Source: a virus
Lineage: Duplodnaviria > Caudoviricetes
Virus record (IMG/VR): IMGVR_UViG_3300013426_000014
Location: 205,323 to 269,322 of that record
Strand: one strand, 5' to 3'
Length of the DNA stretch: 64,000 bases
Of this stretch, positions 38,666-49,545 are shown piece after piece (positions within the stretch are counted from its first letter, which is position 1; every line of letters begins with the position of its first letter). A program made the position numbers and the translations under genes. The notes beneath the pieces are model-generated. The model saw nothing but the letters and a program-made list of their open reading frames with translations. It was not told the origin of the DNA and made no database searches.

Positions 38666-40868
38666 CGGATTTTCCTCCGTCTTTTACCGCGTTCGCCTTG
38701 TCCGAATAGACACGGCGTTCGGCTTCTTTATACCGTTCAGAATCAAATGATTTTATCGGTCGTAGAAAACCAATCACCCGTGTCCACCATGACACATGTT
38801 CACTTCCACACTTAGGACAGACCGTGAACTTTGATTTCGATATATAGCCACAATCATCACAGCTCGAGTTGATGACGTTGAACGTATAATAACTCGTGCC
38901 ATTCTTGATCGCGAAATCCATCAATTTCGTGTATTGCGCTTCCGAAAGGTGATCAGCGAGATTGCAGTGCAGGCCGACACCGCCGTCGAGCAGTCCGGTG
39001 AACTCCCTGCCGTGCAGACGGAACCTGTCAAGTACGCTCGTCTCAGGATCATCCGCGAGATAAAAATACGAGTTGTACAGGTTGCGGTTATCCGGGACCC
39101 AATATCCGTCTGCCTTATCCCACTTGTAGTTTTTGCTTGAAAGTCCTTCCGCCGGAACGAATTCAGTATTGAACAGATAATCTTTCTTTCCGTGTATCTT
39201 GTTCTGCTCGCTGATCACGCCTGTAATCAGCTGGCAAAGATGCTTGTAATCGTCATTGTACGAGCATTTGAGTCCGAGAAATTCCGCCGCCTCGTTGATG
39301 CCGTTAAGCCCGATGGTCGAATACAGCTTGTTCATTTTGATGTAACCGGCGGTCGACGCGTTGAGCATGCCGGCGTTCTCGACGTCATAAAGCAACGACT
39401 TATACGCGATCTGGTATTTGTAAACACGTTCCAAAATCGAAATCAGATAATCAGCGAATGACTTGTCGAACGCGGACCAGTCGATTTTTCCCGCCGGCCT
39501 GCCTCCATCTTTCTTGTGATACCCGGTCATATCCGCCCAATTCTGGACGATGCGAGAAAGATTGAGCGTCATGACGTTCGCCGATCCCGTCTGCACGCCG
39601 GTCAGGCCATTGGTGAAGCTGAATGTGTTCTCGTTGATTTTGTTCTGCAGTCGGCAGCATGATGACAACGAATTTGGGTTATCTGATATATATGTGAAGA
39701 AACTGTGACCCTTCGCGTACATCTTGTTCGTGAACGCCTTATAATCCTTGTCGATTATATCATTCCCGTCGGAAAGCAACGCCATCGTCTCAACCGGGAA
39801 CGTGAGCATCGTCTTTGTCCGTTCCTTGTTGAACCACTCCATGAAATCACGCTGCAGGAAATCGACGCGTTCCCATACAGGTTTCGAACCGTCAGGAAAC
39901 AGGAAATCGTCGAACAACGCGTGCCAGTAATTACTGTCATAATATGATATGTTTGTGAACGGGCTCTGATATGACCTGTTCCCCGCCGGCTGGTTCCACC
40001 CGTACACTATCTGCTGATACGCCTGGTGGATCATCTGAATGACTGTCTTTTTCGGACGGACAGACACGACATCAGAACCGCGGAGGTGATAATCATCGCC
40101 GAAATCGTGCGCACAGAAATAATCAAGGAAATTGAAGAACTCGCCGAATGCGACAGCGCCTTTACACTGTGACGACAGCAGGAACGTCAGGTTAACAAGC
40201 TGACCACAGAAAGAGTTGAGATTTTTCGGCGCTGTCGTGCCGAGACCGTCCATCCCCTTGGTGCCGTCAACGAGCAATGGATAAAGCGTGACGGCCTCGC
40301 AGTAATTCTTACACGCAGGAGTTGAACTCTCATCATGTTCATACACAATATGTTGCGCCAAATCTTGTTCATATTGCCGCGCGACTTCTGGAAAATCCTG
40401 TTCCAATCTTTTTCGCATGCGGTAACGCTGAATTTTCCTGTTCATTGTCTTGTACACCTCGCCGTCGAGATTCGCGACATTCTTGATCTGCATGTTCGCA
40501 TTCGGATCCGTCTCCGACGCGGTTGACGCGTTCGTCGACGAGTCGGCGTACTGATCCATATAGTCGATCCGATCCTTGATAAATCTCATCTCCTTGTGTG
40601 ACTCCCTATATATGATATACGCCTTCGCTACCTCATACGGGGCGGCGTCGACAAGTATCCGCTCGACCGCGTCCTGTACGTCTTCGACACCGACCGTCTC
40701 TGGACCGCCGTCCCCGCCGAATTTATCCCGGACCGACGACATTATGTCGTCCTTCCATGAATCGAACTCAATACCCTGCTCGTCGAACGCGGCCTTCACC
40801 GCGGTGATGATTTTGTCGAAATCAAACGGCTCGACCTTGCCGTTTCTTTTCTTTACATGTAACGTCAT
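38658..40868 (-). CDS. nrdD: Anaerobic ribonucleoside-triphosphate reductase with ATP cone
   Basis: VKKRNG ATP cone; SCCRL; CxxC..CPKCG; TRVIGFL glycyl loop. Confidence 0.97.
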   Translation of the reverse strand: MTLHVKKRNGKVEPFDFDKIITAVKAAFDEQGIEFDSWKDDIMSSVRDKFGGDGGPETVGVEDVQDAVERILVDAAPYEVAKAYIIYRESHKEMRFIKDRIDYMDQYADSSTNASTASETDPNANMQIKNVANLDGEVYKTMNRKIQRYRMRKRLEQDFPEVARQYEQDLAQHIVYEHDESSTPACKNYCEAVTLYPLLVDGTKGMDGLGTTAPKNLNSFCGQLVNLTFLLSSQCKGAVAFGEFFNFLDYFCAHDFGDDYHLRGSDVVSVRPKKTVIQMIHQAYQQIVYGWNQPAGNRSYQSPFTNISYYDSNYWHALFDDFLFPDGSKPVWERVDFLQRDFMEWFNKERTKTMLTFPVETMALLSDGNDIIDKDYKAFTNKMYAKGHSFFTYISDNPNSLSSCCRLQNKINENTFSFTNGLTGVQTGSANVMTLNLSRIVQNWADMTGYHKKDGGRPAGKIDWSAFDKSFADYLISILERVYKYQIAYKSLLYDVENAGMLNASTAGYIKMNKLYSTIGLNGINEAAEFLGLKCSYNDDYKHLCQLITGVISEQNKIHGKKDYLFNTEFVPAEGLSSKNYKWDKADGYWVPDNRNLYNSYFYLADDPETSVLDRFRLHGREFTGLLDGGVGLHCNLADHLSEAQYTKLMDFAIKNGTSYYTFNVINSSCDDCGYISKSKFTVCPKCGSEHVSWWTRVIGFLRPIKSFDSERYKEAERRVYSDKANAVKDGGKSDD

Positions 40869-40941
40869 ATGCTACCGCAAATCTGTTTATATTATTATGC
40901 ACCGGTGATGAACCGGCGCTGATTATTTACCATATTTGATT

Positions 40942-41772
40942 CTAATGCAAACCGAACCACCGGTTGATCTTTCTTTTCACCCCGTTAAACTCATACGCGT
41001 TGAACATCGCGCACGACCATATATTCGAGCAGAACACAAAAGCTTTACTGAAAAAACCCGGATGCGTTCTCATTACCTTATAGCAGAATTCCGTGTCATG
41101 TACAAGTTCAAGCGGCAAAGTCGTTTCCCCGATGACGACCTTATATTCTATCGATCCGTCCTGCGATTTTTTATGAATGTTCAACCGCGGAATGTAACTA
41201 AACAGATTCTTGACAATCTTCTTGTTCCTGTACATCATTTTTACCAAATCAAATTCATACATCGGCGCCGCCTCGAATTTTGTTCGACCAGTACGCGCAT
41301 AATCGCGCAACTCTGACCATGTTGAATTGATTTTCGGATTGACTATCGGCAGCGTCAGCCGATTGACACCATGGCCGATACGTCCGCGCCTGTACATCAG
41401 ATCCAGACGAGCGATCTCGTTCGCGTAAAAGACATAATCATACCGGATTGTTTCTTTGCCGATCCCGTCATGATAAAGCATCATATACGGAAAATGATGC
41501 AGTATCCGCATCCGCCTCATGAATTTCGGACCATACCCCACATCGCCGTCAAATCCGAATATTGGTCCGAACCTTGACATCGGCTCGCCGGGATTATTCA
41601 AGAAATTCAGCTCCGATATCCTGAACGCCGGCGGGACGACGCCCAAAAGAGCCTGTATCATCGCGCCCCGCTCGCAGCACTCCCTTAACATACGACGATG
41701 ACGGAAAACCGCGACGAGATTGTCATGAATTTTCCGCCATATCCGCCTGCATATGAATTTCGGATTCATCAT
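40942..41772 (-). CDS. Hypothetical protein
   Basis: 276-aa ORF. Confidence 0.65.
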   Translation of the reverse strand: MMNPKFICRRIWRKIHDNLVAVFRHRRMLRECCERGAMIQALLGVVPPAFRISELNFLNNPGEPMSRFGPIFGFDGDVGYGPKFMRRMRILHHFPYMMLYHDGIGKETIRYDYVFYANEIARLDLMYRRGRIGHGVNRLTLPIVNPKINSTWSELRDYARTGRTKFEAAPMYEFDLVKMMYRNKKIVKNLFSYIPRLNIHKKSQDGSIEYKVVIGETTLPLELVHDTEFCYKVMRTHPGFFSKAFVFCSNIWSCAMFNAYEFNGVKRKINRWFGLH

Positions 41773-42035
41773 ATGTTACGCGTCGTCGTTCTCCTCCGCC
41801 TTGCGCAACTCAGATCGGAACTGTTCCGTCTCACATATTATTTCCGACCGTATTTTCCTGGCGTCTTTCAAACTGGCCTCCGCCGCGGCGATTTCGGATT
41901 CGAAACGCGTAATGCACATGTCGAGCATTTTCAGATACTGCTCATTCCGCCGTATACCGCGTCTGAGCTTGCGAATACGTCTTTTGTTCATGTCAAATAA
42001 ATTCATATAATTAACGATTATATTGCTGTTAACGA

Positions 42036-42599
42036 TTATATTGTCGTACGGATATAAAGATCGTATTCCCTGTACAGAATACGTTCTATCGTTGCCTGTC
42101 TGTTTTTCAGCAGCCGGAGTTTTTCCTTCACGTCTTCGATATATTGTTCGTTACCGGATTTGGAATTCTCCGCTTCGCGCTTCATTTTGGAAAGGTCCTT
42201 TATGATCCTTTCATTTTTGTTATATTCGGAAATAAGATCATTTTTTGACGGCAATATATTGCCGCGCGAATCCTTTATCGTATGAGACTTGTTGTAATAA
42301 TCCTCGATTTTAATAACATAAACGCTGTCGATCTGAATAATCCTGCCGGCAATGAATCTGCGTTCACCAGAACGATCATTAAAAAATAAACCGTTACCTG
42401 TAAAAAATTTAGATTCTATATATGAATAGAGATTATAATCATAATTTTGCGTCGCGATCACACTCTCCGGATACGTATTCATCAGCTCGCCTGACTCGTT
42501 TCTGTGCGTCACGTTCCCGACGACATAATAAGGCGCGCACGCGATCATGAATGACGACATGATGATAATTGTCAAAATAATATACCAATACTTTCCCAT
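42036..42599 (-). CDS. Putative lipoprotein
   Basis: Hydrophobic leader ending MIAC. Confidence 0.65.
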   Translation of the reverse strand: MGKYWYIILTIIIMSSFMIACAPYYVVGNVTHRNESGELMNTYPESVIATQNYDYNLYSYIESKFFTGNGLFFNDRSGERRFIAGRIIQIDSVYVIKIEDYYNKSHTIKDSRGNILPSKNDLISEYNKNERIIKDLSKMKREAENSKSGNEQYIEDVKEKLRLLKNRQATIERILYREYDLYIRTTI

Positions 42600-42609
42600 A
42601 ACCTTTATT

Positions 42610-43272
42610 TTACATGTTTCTAAAACTTGTCTTCTTATCAAACCCCGCGTCGGCGATCTTTTGGAGATCATCTCTTTTGTCCGTCGTGTCCGGCTCGTTC
42701 TTCTTGAGCAGATAATCATATATGTCCGTCCATATTTCCTCCGCGGGCAGCAGGCCGGCCAGCGGCGATCCAGACAGTATCGGATTCTCGACGACGCTCC
42801 TGTCTTTCGATCCCGGCGTCACCGTGTAATACGGATACGCGCTGAATCGCAAAGCGAGCGGCGCGTCAGAAAATCGCTTGCAATCGCCGTTCATCCGCTC
42901 GATGATCCTGTTCAGACCATAAACATATTTCCCGCGGGACTTCACGATATCCGATTTCAGATCCTCCGGACTGTACGCCGAATATTTCAGATCCATCGAC
43001 ATGTTGTCACCGTCATAAACGGGGGTCCTGTTGACCTTTATCGCCGTGACGTTAAATCCGTGCTGCACATATATGTACAGCGGCGACGGTTTGCCATCTT
43101 TCTTGTCATAGATCCCGACATAATTGGAATAGAAATAGTATGGAAAACTGTCCATCCATTTCTTCGCCGGCACAGAGTTCCTCCGGTCGTATACGACTGC
43201 CGGATCCGTCCCGTATTCAGGAAGTCCCGAATAGAAATCGTAATAATCTTTCTTTGAATCAATTATTTTCAT
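42610..43272 (-). CDS. Hypothetical protein
   Basis: MKII...KDYYD...; GFDKKTSFR C-terminus. Confidence 0.75.
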   Translation of the reverse strand: MKIIDSKKDYYDFYSGLPEYGTDPAVVYDRRNSVPAKKWMDSFPYYFYSNYVGIYDKKDGKPSPLYIYVQHGFNVTAIKVNRTPVYDGDNMSMDLKYSAYSPEDLKSDIVKSRGKYVYGLNRIIERMNGDCKRFSDAPLALRFSAYPYYTVTPGSKDRSVVENPILSGSPLAGLLPAEEIWTDIYDYLLKKNEPDTTDKRDDLQKIADAGFDKKTSFRNM

Positions 43273-43277
43273 GACTG

Positions 43278-43649
43278 TTACTCCTCCCACCCGTCTTCCG
43301 GGTCGAAATATATGTTGCCCATCGTTTTCGTCTTTTCTAACGCGCATTTCCCGCACACATCAGACAAGCCGCGCCGCGAGCATATGCCGCACACATCGGG
43401 CGCGTTCATCGCCGCGATGAAATCACTGATCACGTCGACCGACCTGATGAACCCGACGTTCGAATCAACAAACTTCTTCGTGCCGGATCTCCCGTCCTGA
43501 TCATCATTGTCAGACACGGTAATGACACCGGCCTTGACCAGATCCGCATAACGTGCCTGCATGACCTCATACGCCGCGTCACATTTCGTGACAAGTGCGG
43601 CCAGCGCCGCCGGCAGTCCGGCCGGACCTTTGTCTTTTTTCTTTTTCAT
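43278..43649 (-). CDS. Hypothetical protein
   Basis: Two CxxC. Confidence 0.6.
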   Translation of the reverse strand: MKKKKDKGPAGLPAALAALVTKCDAAYEVMQARYADLVKAGVITVSDNDDQDGRSGTKKFVDSNVGFIRSVDVISDFIAAMNAPDVCGICSRRGLSDVCGKCALEKTKTMGNIYFDPEDGWEE

Positions 43650-43652
43650 CTC

Positions 43653-44195
43653 CTATATATTGTTTGCTCTCATCTTGATGATTTCGGCGCGTGCCGTTTC
43701 CATCCTTTTGATGAACTCGATATTGTCCCTGATTTTCTTCGGATATCCGACCGATTCGCCGCCGGGATTATGACCGCTCACGGCGCGGGCCATGTCATTG
43801 CGCGGATTCTTCTTCGACTGCATGATATTGAACATCTCGATCGATTTCGACACAGAGAACGCATCGTCGTGCGTGTATCGGTCCTCGCCAAGCAGCCTGT
43901 TTACCTCCCTCACATAGATCGGCGTGATCTGCAGCACGCCGCGGTCGTTCGACGTCCCGACAGCGGCCGGATCGAATCCGGACTCGGTCTTCATCATCGC
44001 CATCTGAAGGATCTCCCAGTCATCCAGGATATCTGGATCGGCGCCGCCGTCGTGATTCGTTTCAGTGATTATGCAGTCAGCCGCCGATTCGGCGGGTCGC
44101 GCCGAAGCAAGACGGAAACCAGATAAACAGCACGCCGCGGCGAACAGCACGCCGCACATAAAAATCATAATGTCGTTTCTCTTTTTCATACCCAT
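43653..44195 (-). CDS. Lytic transglycosylase (SLT/lysozyme-like) with signal peptide
   Basis: ESGFDPAA...GVLQI...HN.G. Confidence 0.82.
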   Translation of the reverse strand: MGMKKRNDIMIFMCGVLFAAACCLSGFRLASARPAESAADCIITETNHDGGADPDILDDWEILQMAMMKTESGFDPAAVGTSNDRGVLQITPIYVREVNRLLGEDRYTHDDAFSVSKSIEMFNIMQSKKNPRNDMARAVSGHNPGGESVGYPKKIRDNIEFIKRMETARAEIIKMRANNI

Positions 44196-44268
44196 TATTT
44201 TAACAACACAAAGATAATGAAATTTTTTGAAATAGAAAACAAAACGGCAAAAAATATTTCACAATGGT

Positions 44269-44595
44269 CTATTCTGGTTTTTTATAGCCGCTCAAATTGC
44301 ATATCCATGACGTAATCAATGCCGGGTTGTATCCTTTGCACATGCTACATCCGTTGCACGTCGTACGATGCAAAGCGACATCCGCCGACGTCTTGATGAT
44401 CATCCCGTCAAGGATCCTGTCGATTTTCATGCACGTCTGTCTGTACCCGCTTGACGATACGATGAAATTGTCGTAGCAACACCACGGCGGCGCCGGCATT
44501 TTTATAAGCTGATAATCGCCGTTGGCGCCGAGAATCCGTTCATGCATGACCGTTATCATGTCGTTCTTATAATGAATCGAATCGCAGTTTTTCAT
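44269..44595 (-). CDS. PxWC-family protein
   Basis: PPWC...C...CNGC...GYN. Confidence 0.65.
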   Translation of the reverse strand: MKNCDSIHYKNDMITVMHERILGANGDYQLIKMPAPPWCCYDNFIVSSSGYRQTCMKIDRILDGMIIKTSADVALHRTTCNGCSMCKGYNPALITSWICNLSGYKKPE

Positions 44596-44608
44596 ATCAA
44601 TTTTCGGT

Positions 44609-45034
44609 TTATATGAACATCATCCCGCCATGCTGTATTATAGTTTGCCGCATCTTGTCGTTGTCTTTCACGATGAACAGATTGTTGGCTTTGACGGCCG
44701 GACTTATGTTATATCCGGTTTTACACATGCACCGGACGCACATTCCAGGATACATCACTGACTTGCACATGCCGATGATCCGCCGGCCGCGGCCAACCGC
44801 CGCGGCGATTATCCCGCGGGGCGCCGGCCGCTCCGCGGAGCAGTACGGATATGAGTTATGCATCCAGCCAGTGTCACACCACACCGGAAAACAGTAGTCG
44901 ACGCCATTGCATCGGTCAAACAATATATAATGTTTGCGATCATCCGATTTCATGACGTCATAAATTACTTTGAGATCATGATCTGTCGGTATCTCTTTTG
45001 TCTTCTTCACCATGATATCACCATTAAATTTCAC
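44609..45034 (-). CDS. PxWC-family protein
   Basis: PVWC...YPYC...CVRCMCKTGYN. Confidence 0.7.
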   Translation of the reverse strand: MKFNGDIMVKKTKEIPTDHDLKVIYDVMKSDDRKHYILFDRCNGVDYCFPVWCDTGWMHNSYPYCSAERPAPRGIIAAAVGRGRRIIGMCKSVMYPGMCVRCMCKTGYNISPAVKANNLFIVKDNDKMRQTIIQHGGMMFI

Positions 45035-45494
45035 CGCTCCGCATCCTTCTCCACGGGAAAACGGTCATGTTGAAATGATCGCTCCATGGTTTCGTCCGCC
45101 GCATGTATTCGACAAGCCCGCACAAAGTGATAGATCCTTCGCGGACCATCGTCCTGTTCCATTTACACATGTCGTGCAGCATGTCGGCGGCGTGCATACT
45201 GTGCCGCGACCTGTACCACCTACAGAACCTGCACCGGCCGGTCCGTCTCGCCGAGCCGGGCGTCATGTTCTCCATCTTGAACGGCGAACATTTCGAGTCA
45301 CCGTACTCGTCCGACTCCGCGCGCGGCGCGCACCATTCCGGACGCAGGACCATTGCGTCCGTGTACGGATCGGTGTCAACCACGACCCGCGCGCCGGCGG
45401 CGTTCCTGCCTTTTATCCCGGTCATGACGATGTCACCGGGTTTCGGATCAGACCGACGGATGGCCTCCGCGGTTTTCGCGTATATAATTTTCAT
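45024..45494 (-). CDS. PxWC-family protein
   Basis: PEWC...C...CRFC. Confidence 0.7.
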   Translation of the reverse strand: MKIIYAKTAEAIRRSDPKPGDIVMTGIKGRNAAGARVVVDTDPYTDAMVLRPEWCAPRAESDEYGDSKCSPFKMENMTPGSARRTGRCRFCRWYRSRHSMHAADMLHDMCKWNRTMVREGSITLCGLVEYMRRTKPWSDHFNMTVFPWRRMRSGEI

Positions 45495-46054
45495 TACTTT
45501 TCTTTATATGTACACTTCCAAAAACACGCGTTTGGATTCATTTTGCTTTCGGTTTTGCCCATTGTGCACAAGAATTCGTAATCAGCGTTAATCATGTCGC
45601 GCATCCGGTTTATGCCGAGCAAATTTCCCTTTGAACCCCTTGACAGTTTATGCGCGTGCCGTATGATGTTCAGCATATACGCGCCCTTGTATACGCCGCC
45701 GACACACATGACGCAATCCACACATTCCGCGTATCTCGCGTTGTCGTTTATCTTGCAGACATCCGTCCGGCCCATGTCGACCGCCGTGTCGAACGGGGCG
45801 GGCATCGTGTCGCTGAATATCTGCCGGCACCAGCCGTCGGGCGGAACCGCCCCGGAATCGTGAAACCTGTGCGCGCACCATTCAGGGACGTTCCTGTACG
45901 GAGCGAACGACAGCGTATCGTCCCACGCGCATCGCGTGACCGTGCCCATGCCGAGACGCCGCCTCCCCCGTGTGTTTATGTTCACGACGGCCGCTTTCCG
46001 CTCGATCTCGTTCACCGGCAACATGAACAGCGCGTCATCTGATCCCTTCGTCAT
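45494..46054 (-). CDS. PxWC-family protein
   Basis: PEWC...C...RYAECVDC...GGVYKG, as in 20495. Confidence 0.7.
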   Translation of the reverse strand: MTKGSDDALFMLPVNEIERKAAVVNINTRGRRRLGMGTVTRCAWDDTLSFAPYRNVPEWCAHRFHDSGAVPPDGWCRQIFSDTMPAPFDTAVDMGRTDVCKINDNARYAECVDCVMCVGGVYKGAYMLNIIRHAHKLSRGSKGNLLGINRMRDMINADYEFLCTMGKTESKMNPNACFWKCTYKEK

Positions 46055-46668
46055 ACCGCATGGTTTTTGTAAAGTCTCTGTGGTCTCCACGCGTCCCGGG
46101 ATCCGGTCAACGTCTCGTAAAGCACCGTCGGTATGAGTCTCGTGTCACACATATCGCGCCACTTCATACGCTCAAGCGCCGGGCGCGGGATATTCATGTA
46201 AACGTTTATGGCATGAAACATCGACTGGACTATAAGGTTATAGTTTCTTCTGTTGTTCAACGGACAGCGCATGCAGCGCGTGTACCGCACCGGCGCGCGG
46301 TCCTCCAGACATCCGTCGAGATATGAGTAAAGATGCGCCGCCGTCTTTTCCTGACTTCCGGCGCCGGAATTTCCATGCGCCTCCGCCTTGTGATCCGATA
46401 TGAATCTCGACTCGCCCTTAATCGCGCGGCAGACTTGCGGCGCGGAACGCGGCCGTACGGCGTCGCACCATTCCGGGACGGAACGGACCGGCACCATATC
46501 CGAGCTGAACGCAGTGTACCTGTCCAACACGTACGGATTCGTTATCGATCTCGACCTGAATCCGGCGCGGCGCCGTCCGCGGACCGCCGACACGACCGGG
46601 TCGTAACCGTTATACTCGACCCGCTCCGTCATCTGATCCACCGGGCCGTATGTTGTATTATCAATCAT
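46051..46668 (-). CDS. PxWC-family protein
   Basis: PEWC...C...RYTRCMRC...NYN. Confidence 0.7.
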   Translation of the reverse strand: MIDNTTYGPVDQMTERVEYNGYDPVVSAVRGRRRAGFRSRSITNPYVLDRYTAFSSDMVPVRSVPEWCDAVRPRSAPQVCRAIKGESRFISDHKAEAHGNSGAGSQEKTAAHLYSYLDGCLEDRAPVRYTRCMRCPLNNRRNYNLIVQSMFHAINVYMNIPRPALERMKWRDMCDTRLIPTVLYETLTGSRDAWRPQRLYKNHAV

Positions 46669-46727
46669 GCAGCGAATATAGCGATAAAAAACGTAAATTA
46701 AAAGCGGAACGTGAAATTTTTTCGTTC

Positions 46728-47297
46728 CTATATTTTCCTGCCGCGCCGCCACATGGCCGACGAAATAAAATCGACGACATACTCCGGCCACGACACGTCG
46801 CCGTACTTATCACCGGGATCGCGCTCTACACGATACATGTCATATAATGAGCTGTAATGTGACAGCAAATCCCGGACGGACAGGTTGTAGTTCCTGTTCA
46901 GCCCGCATCGCATGCATTTCTCCGATATCCGGGCGGGGATAATCCCGCTGCGGAAAACCGGTTTGAACCCGTCCGCGTACGCGGCGTCGAACGCCATCAT
47001 GCTGCACACGTGCCGCCCGTCGAACGCCGCGTGCAGATGTCCGTAATCCCGGGAGTCGAGCCCGTCCAGCGCCTTGCACCACTCCGGCACCCACGCGCAC
47101 AAACATTTCTCGGCCGGACCCATTATGACCGGAACGGATCCGTAACCCGGCCGGCGCCGTCCCCTGACCCGCCGGATTCTTTCCGCGGCGGCGTCAGGGT
47201 CGGGACATCCGGTCCACATCACGGACCGGACGAACGGGACAGCCGACGCCGCCGTGTCGTTCATGTTCGCGGTGGTGATCCTTTTCAATACTATCAT
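46728..47297 (-). CDS. PxWC-family protein
   Basis: RGRRRPGYGS; PEWC; CMRC..NRNYN. Confidence 0.7.
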   Translation of the reverse strand: MIVLKRITTANMNDTAASAVPFVRSVMWTGCPDPDAAAERIRRVRGRRRPGYGSVPVIMGPAEKCLCAWVPEWCKALDGLDSRDYGHLHAAFDGRHVCSMMAFDAAYADGFKPVFRSGIIPARISEKCMRCGLNRNYNLSVRDLLSHYSSLYDMYRVERDPGDKYGDVSWPEYVVDFISSAMWRRGRKI

Positions 47298-47722
47298 TGC
47301 CCCGTCCTTTTGTTGTTTATTATGTCCATCGCCGTCCTTCTGACCCTGTGGACTTCAATTTCCGCCGCGGCGCGCCTGGCCTTCGCCATCACCGCCGTGT
47401 TATAACCGGATTTCATCGCGCATCCGCAGCAGAACGCAGCATGCAGCCGGACGCTCTCGCACATGTTCGAATTCATGACGAACTTCTGCTCGACGCCGGC
47501 CGGCGGCTCGTGGTGCATGGCATAACCGCCCGCGCCGAGCGCGCGCCATACGTGAATGATCCTGTCGCACCGCCGGCCGGGCGGAGTGAGCGTGTCTTTC
47601 GACGTCAGCTTGCACCAGACAGGCGGCGGGACCGACCCCGGACCATACAGCGCGCCGAAACGGAAACGGACGGCGTCGTCCGTCGTGTATACAGCTGTCG
47701 TATGTTTCTTATTATATCTCAT
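47294..47722 (-). CDS. PxWC-family protein
   Basis: PVWC...C...CCGC..KSGYN. Confidence 0.7.
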   Translation of the reverse strand: MRYNKKHTTAVYTTDDAVRFRFGALYGPGSVPPPVWCKLTSKDTLTPPGRRCDRIIHVWRALGAGGYAMHHEPPAGVEQKFVMNSNMCESVRLHAAFCCGCAMKSGYNTAVMAKARRAAAEIEVHRVRRTAMDIINNKRTGQ

Positions 47723-47734
47723 ATCAAATCAATA

Positions 47735-48124
47735 TCATCGCACAGGCATACCGCGGCGTCCGCGCCGTGCCGCGGCGCGTTCCAAATCCCGCCTTCTGAA
47801 GAACGACATCAGTCCGATGTTATACCCGCGCTTGTACCTGCATACCACGCATGACGACGGGTAAAGCACCATGTCATGCATGCCGCGCATATCCGCCGCG
47901 GCCGCGATTTCGTCCGGGATCCGCCGGTAGGCGGCCGCCGGACAGAACGGATAAGGCGCCGGTGATCCCGCGATGATCCGTCCGCCGTCGCACCACGCCG
48001 GAACCGACGCCGAACCGTTCCACATGTCACACATGTCAGCGCAGACAAAATGCCGCCTCGCGGTGTTTTCCGGCAGGGAACCGTCGAGAAACCCGGCGGT
48101 GATGCTCGTGAACCCGTCAATCAT
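47735..48124 (-). CDS. PxWC-family protein
   Basis: PAWC...YPFC...CVVC.YKRGYN. Confidence 0.7.
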   Translation of the reverse strand: MIDGFTSITAGFLDGSLPENTARRHFVCADMCDMWNGSASVPAWCDGGRIIAGSPAPYPFCPAAAYRRIPDEIAAAADMRGMHDMVLYPSSCVVCRYKRGYNIGLMSFFRRRDLERAAARRGRRGMPVR

Positions 48125-48641
48125 CTGCCGTCAAGTTTTTCGAGATCCTCCACCCGTCGAACAGGAACGGCTCTATCTGCCGCGGCCAATCCGGCACGCC
48201 GTCCGTGAACTTGTCGGCATGCTGGGACCAAAAACGCTCCACTTGCCGGAACCGTCCCCGAAGCTCCATATACCCGCCGACGTTCTTGTACGCGCCGCGG
48301 CAAAAGTCGCAGCCCTTCCGTATACAGTCGGTGTATCTGCATCCGCAGGACGAAGGGTCCAGAGCGGACTCCTTCATAATACAGTCACATGACAAGGCGG
48401 TCCTGCTCCCCATTATCCGGTCCGGGACCGGATCCTGACGGAAGAATAAGCACCATTCTGGAAAATTTCTGTACACGATATCGCCGTCCGCGTCCTGGAC
48501 CGCCCTTGTGCCGGAGCCGTAACCGGGGCGGCGTCTTCCTTTCCGCGCGGTGATCACGCTGATCTTCTTCTCCTTGAGCTGCCGGCGGGCGCGCTCAACA
48601 AGTTCCTCCGCCGGTATCTTGTATTGTGATGTTCCCTCCAT
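48117..48641 (-). CDS. PxWC-family protein
   Basis: KGRRRPGYGS; PEWC; RYTDC...GAYK. Confidence 0.7.
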   Translation of the reverse strand: MEGTSQYKIPAEELVERARRQLKEKKISVITARKGRRRPGYGSGTRAVQDADGDIVYRNFPEWCLFFRQDPVPDRIMGSRTALSCDCIMKESALDPSSCGCRYTDCIRKGCDFCRGAYKNVGGYMELRGRFRQVERFWSQHADKFTDGVPDWPRQIEPFLFDGWRISKNLTADD

Positions 48642-48660
48642 TCTGAAAGTAAATTTACGA

Positions 48661-49167
48661 TTATACAGGTTCCGCGGAACGGACGTGCCGTCTGATGTTA
48701 TACATCCGTCCCACCATATCTCGCACGGAGTCTGTCCCGCCGAAATAATATTTCATATCGGACGCGGTCTTCAGGTTATACAGCCGGCTCGCCTTGCACC
48801 GGAGACAGCCCCTGACAGGGGACGCGCCGGAATTCGGCCGGCCGTCCCCTGACATGCTGTACATATCGTTCTCCGCGGCGATCTCCGGACAGGTGTATAT
48901 GACGGCGCCGTTGTATTCGCGGAGCAGCTGGTCGTCCTTCAACCGGCACCATTCCGGCGTCAGTATCGTCTTGACCCGGACGTACATCCCGCATGGCAGC
49001 GCGGCATTCCGGTCCATCTCGTCATAGCTGAAATACACCGCGTCCGTGATCGCCGTCCGTCTGCCCGGCGCGGTCCTGCCTTTCATCATGGTCAGCTCCG
49101 AGAGCCGTGAGAGCCGCCTGACCGCCTCGCGTTCGGCGTCCCGATTTGTTTCGCATACCGTCGTCAT
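48661..49167 (-). CDS. PxWC-family protein
   Basis: PEWC...C...CLRC...LYN. Confidence 0.7.
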   Translation of the reverse strand: MTTVCETNRDAEREAVRRLSRLSELTMMKGRTAPGRRTAITDAVYFSYDEMDRNAALPCGMYVRVKTILTPEWCRLKDDQLLREYNGAVIYTCPEIAAENDMYSMSGDGRPNSGASPVRGCLRCKASRLYNLKTASDMKYYFGGTDSVRDMVGRMYNIRRHVRSAEPV

Positions 49168-49179
49168 ATAATCCGCATC

Positions 49180-49545
49180 CTAACCCCCGAACTCGACCGG
49201 GTATTTCGCGAACAGCCGCGCCGCGCGCCACCGGACCGACGTGTTGTACCCGTTCCTTTTCTCGCACGACATGCAGCGGATGTACGATCCTTCCGTCGCC
49301 CGCCCGCCCTGCCGCGCGGATGATGTGGTGCCGGCGATCATACGGACGAGCATGTCGCAGTGGAAGCGGACAGGCCAGCCGCCGTCAATGTCGTCAAAGA
49401 ATCGGTCATGACACCACACGGGAAGCCGGCCGTACCGGCACCATCTCTCCTGCAAGCCGACCTTGACCGCCGGGTCGTGATATGTCCGCGTCCTTATGAC
49501 GCGGCCTTCGAATTCATTCATTTCCTTCATGATCATTTTATGCAA
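49180..49545 (-). CDS. PxWC-family protein
   Basis: PVWC...C...CMSC...GYN. Confidence 0.7.
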   Translation of the reverse strand: MHKMIMKEMNEFEGRVIRTRTYHDPAVKVGLQERWCRYGRLPVWCHDRFFDDIDGGWPVRFHCDMLVRMIAGTTSSARQGGRATEGSYIRCMSCEKRNGYNTSVRWRAARLFAKYPVEFGG

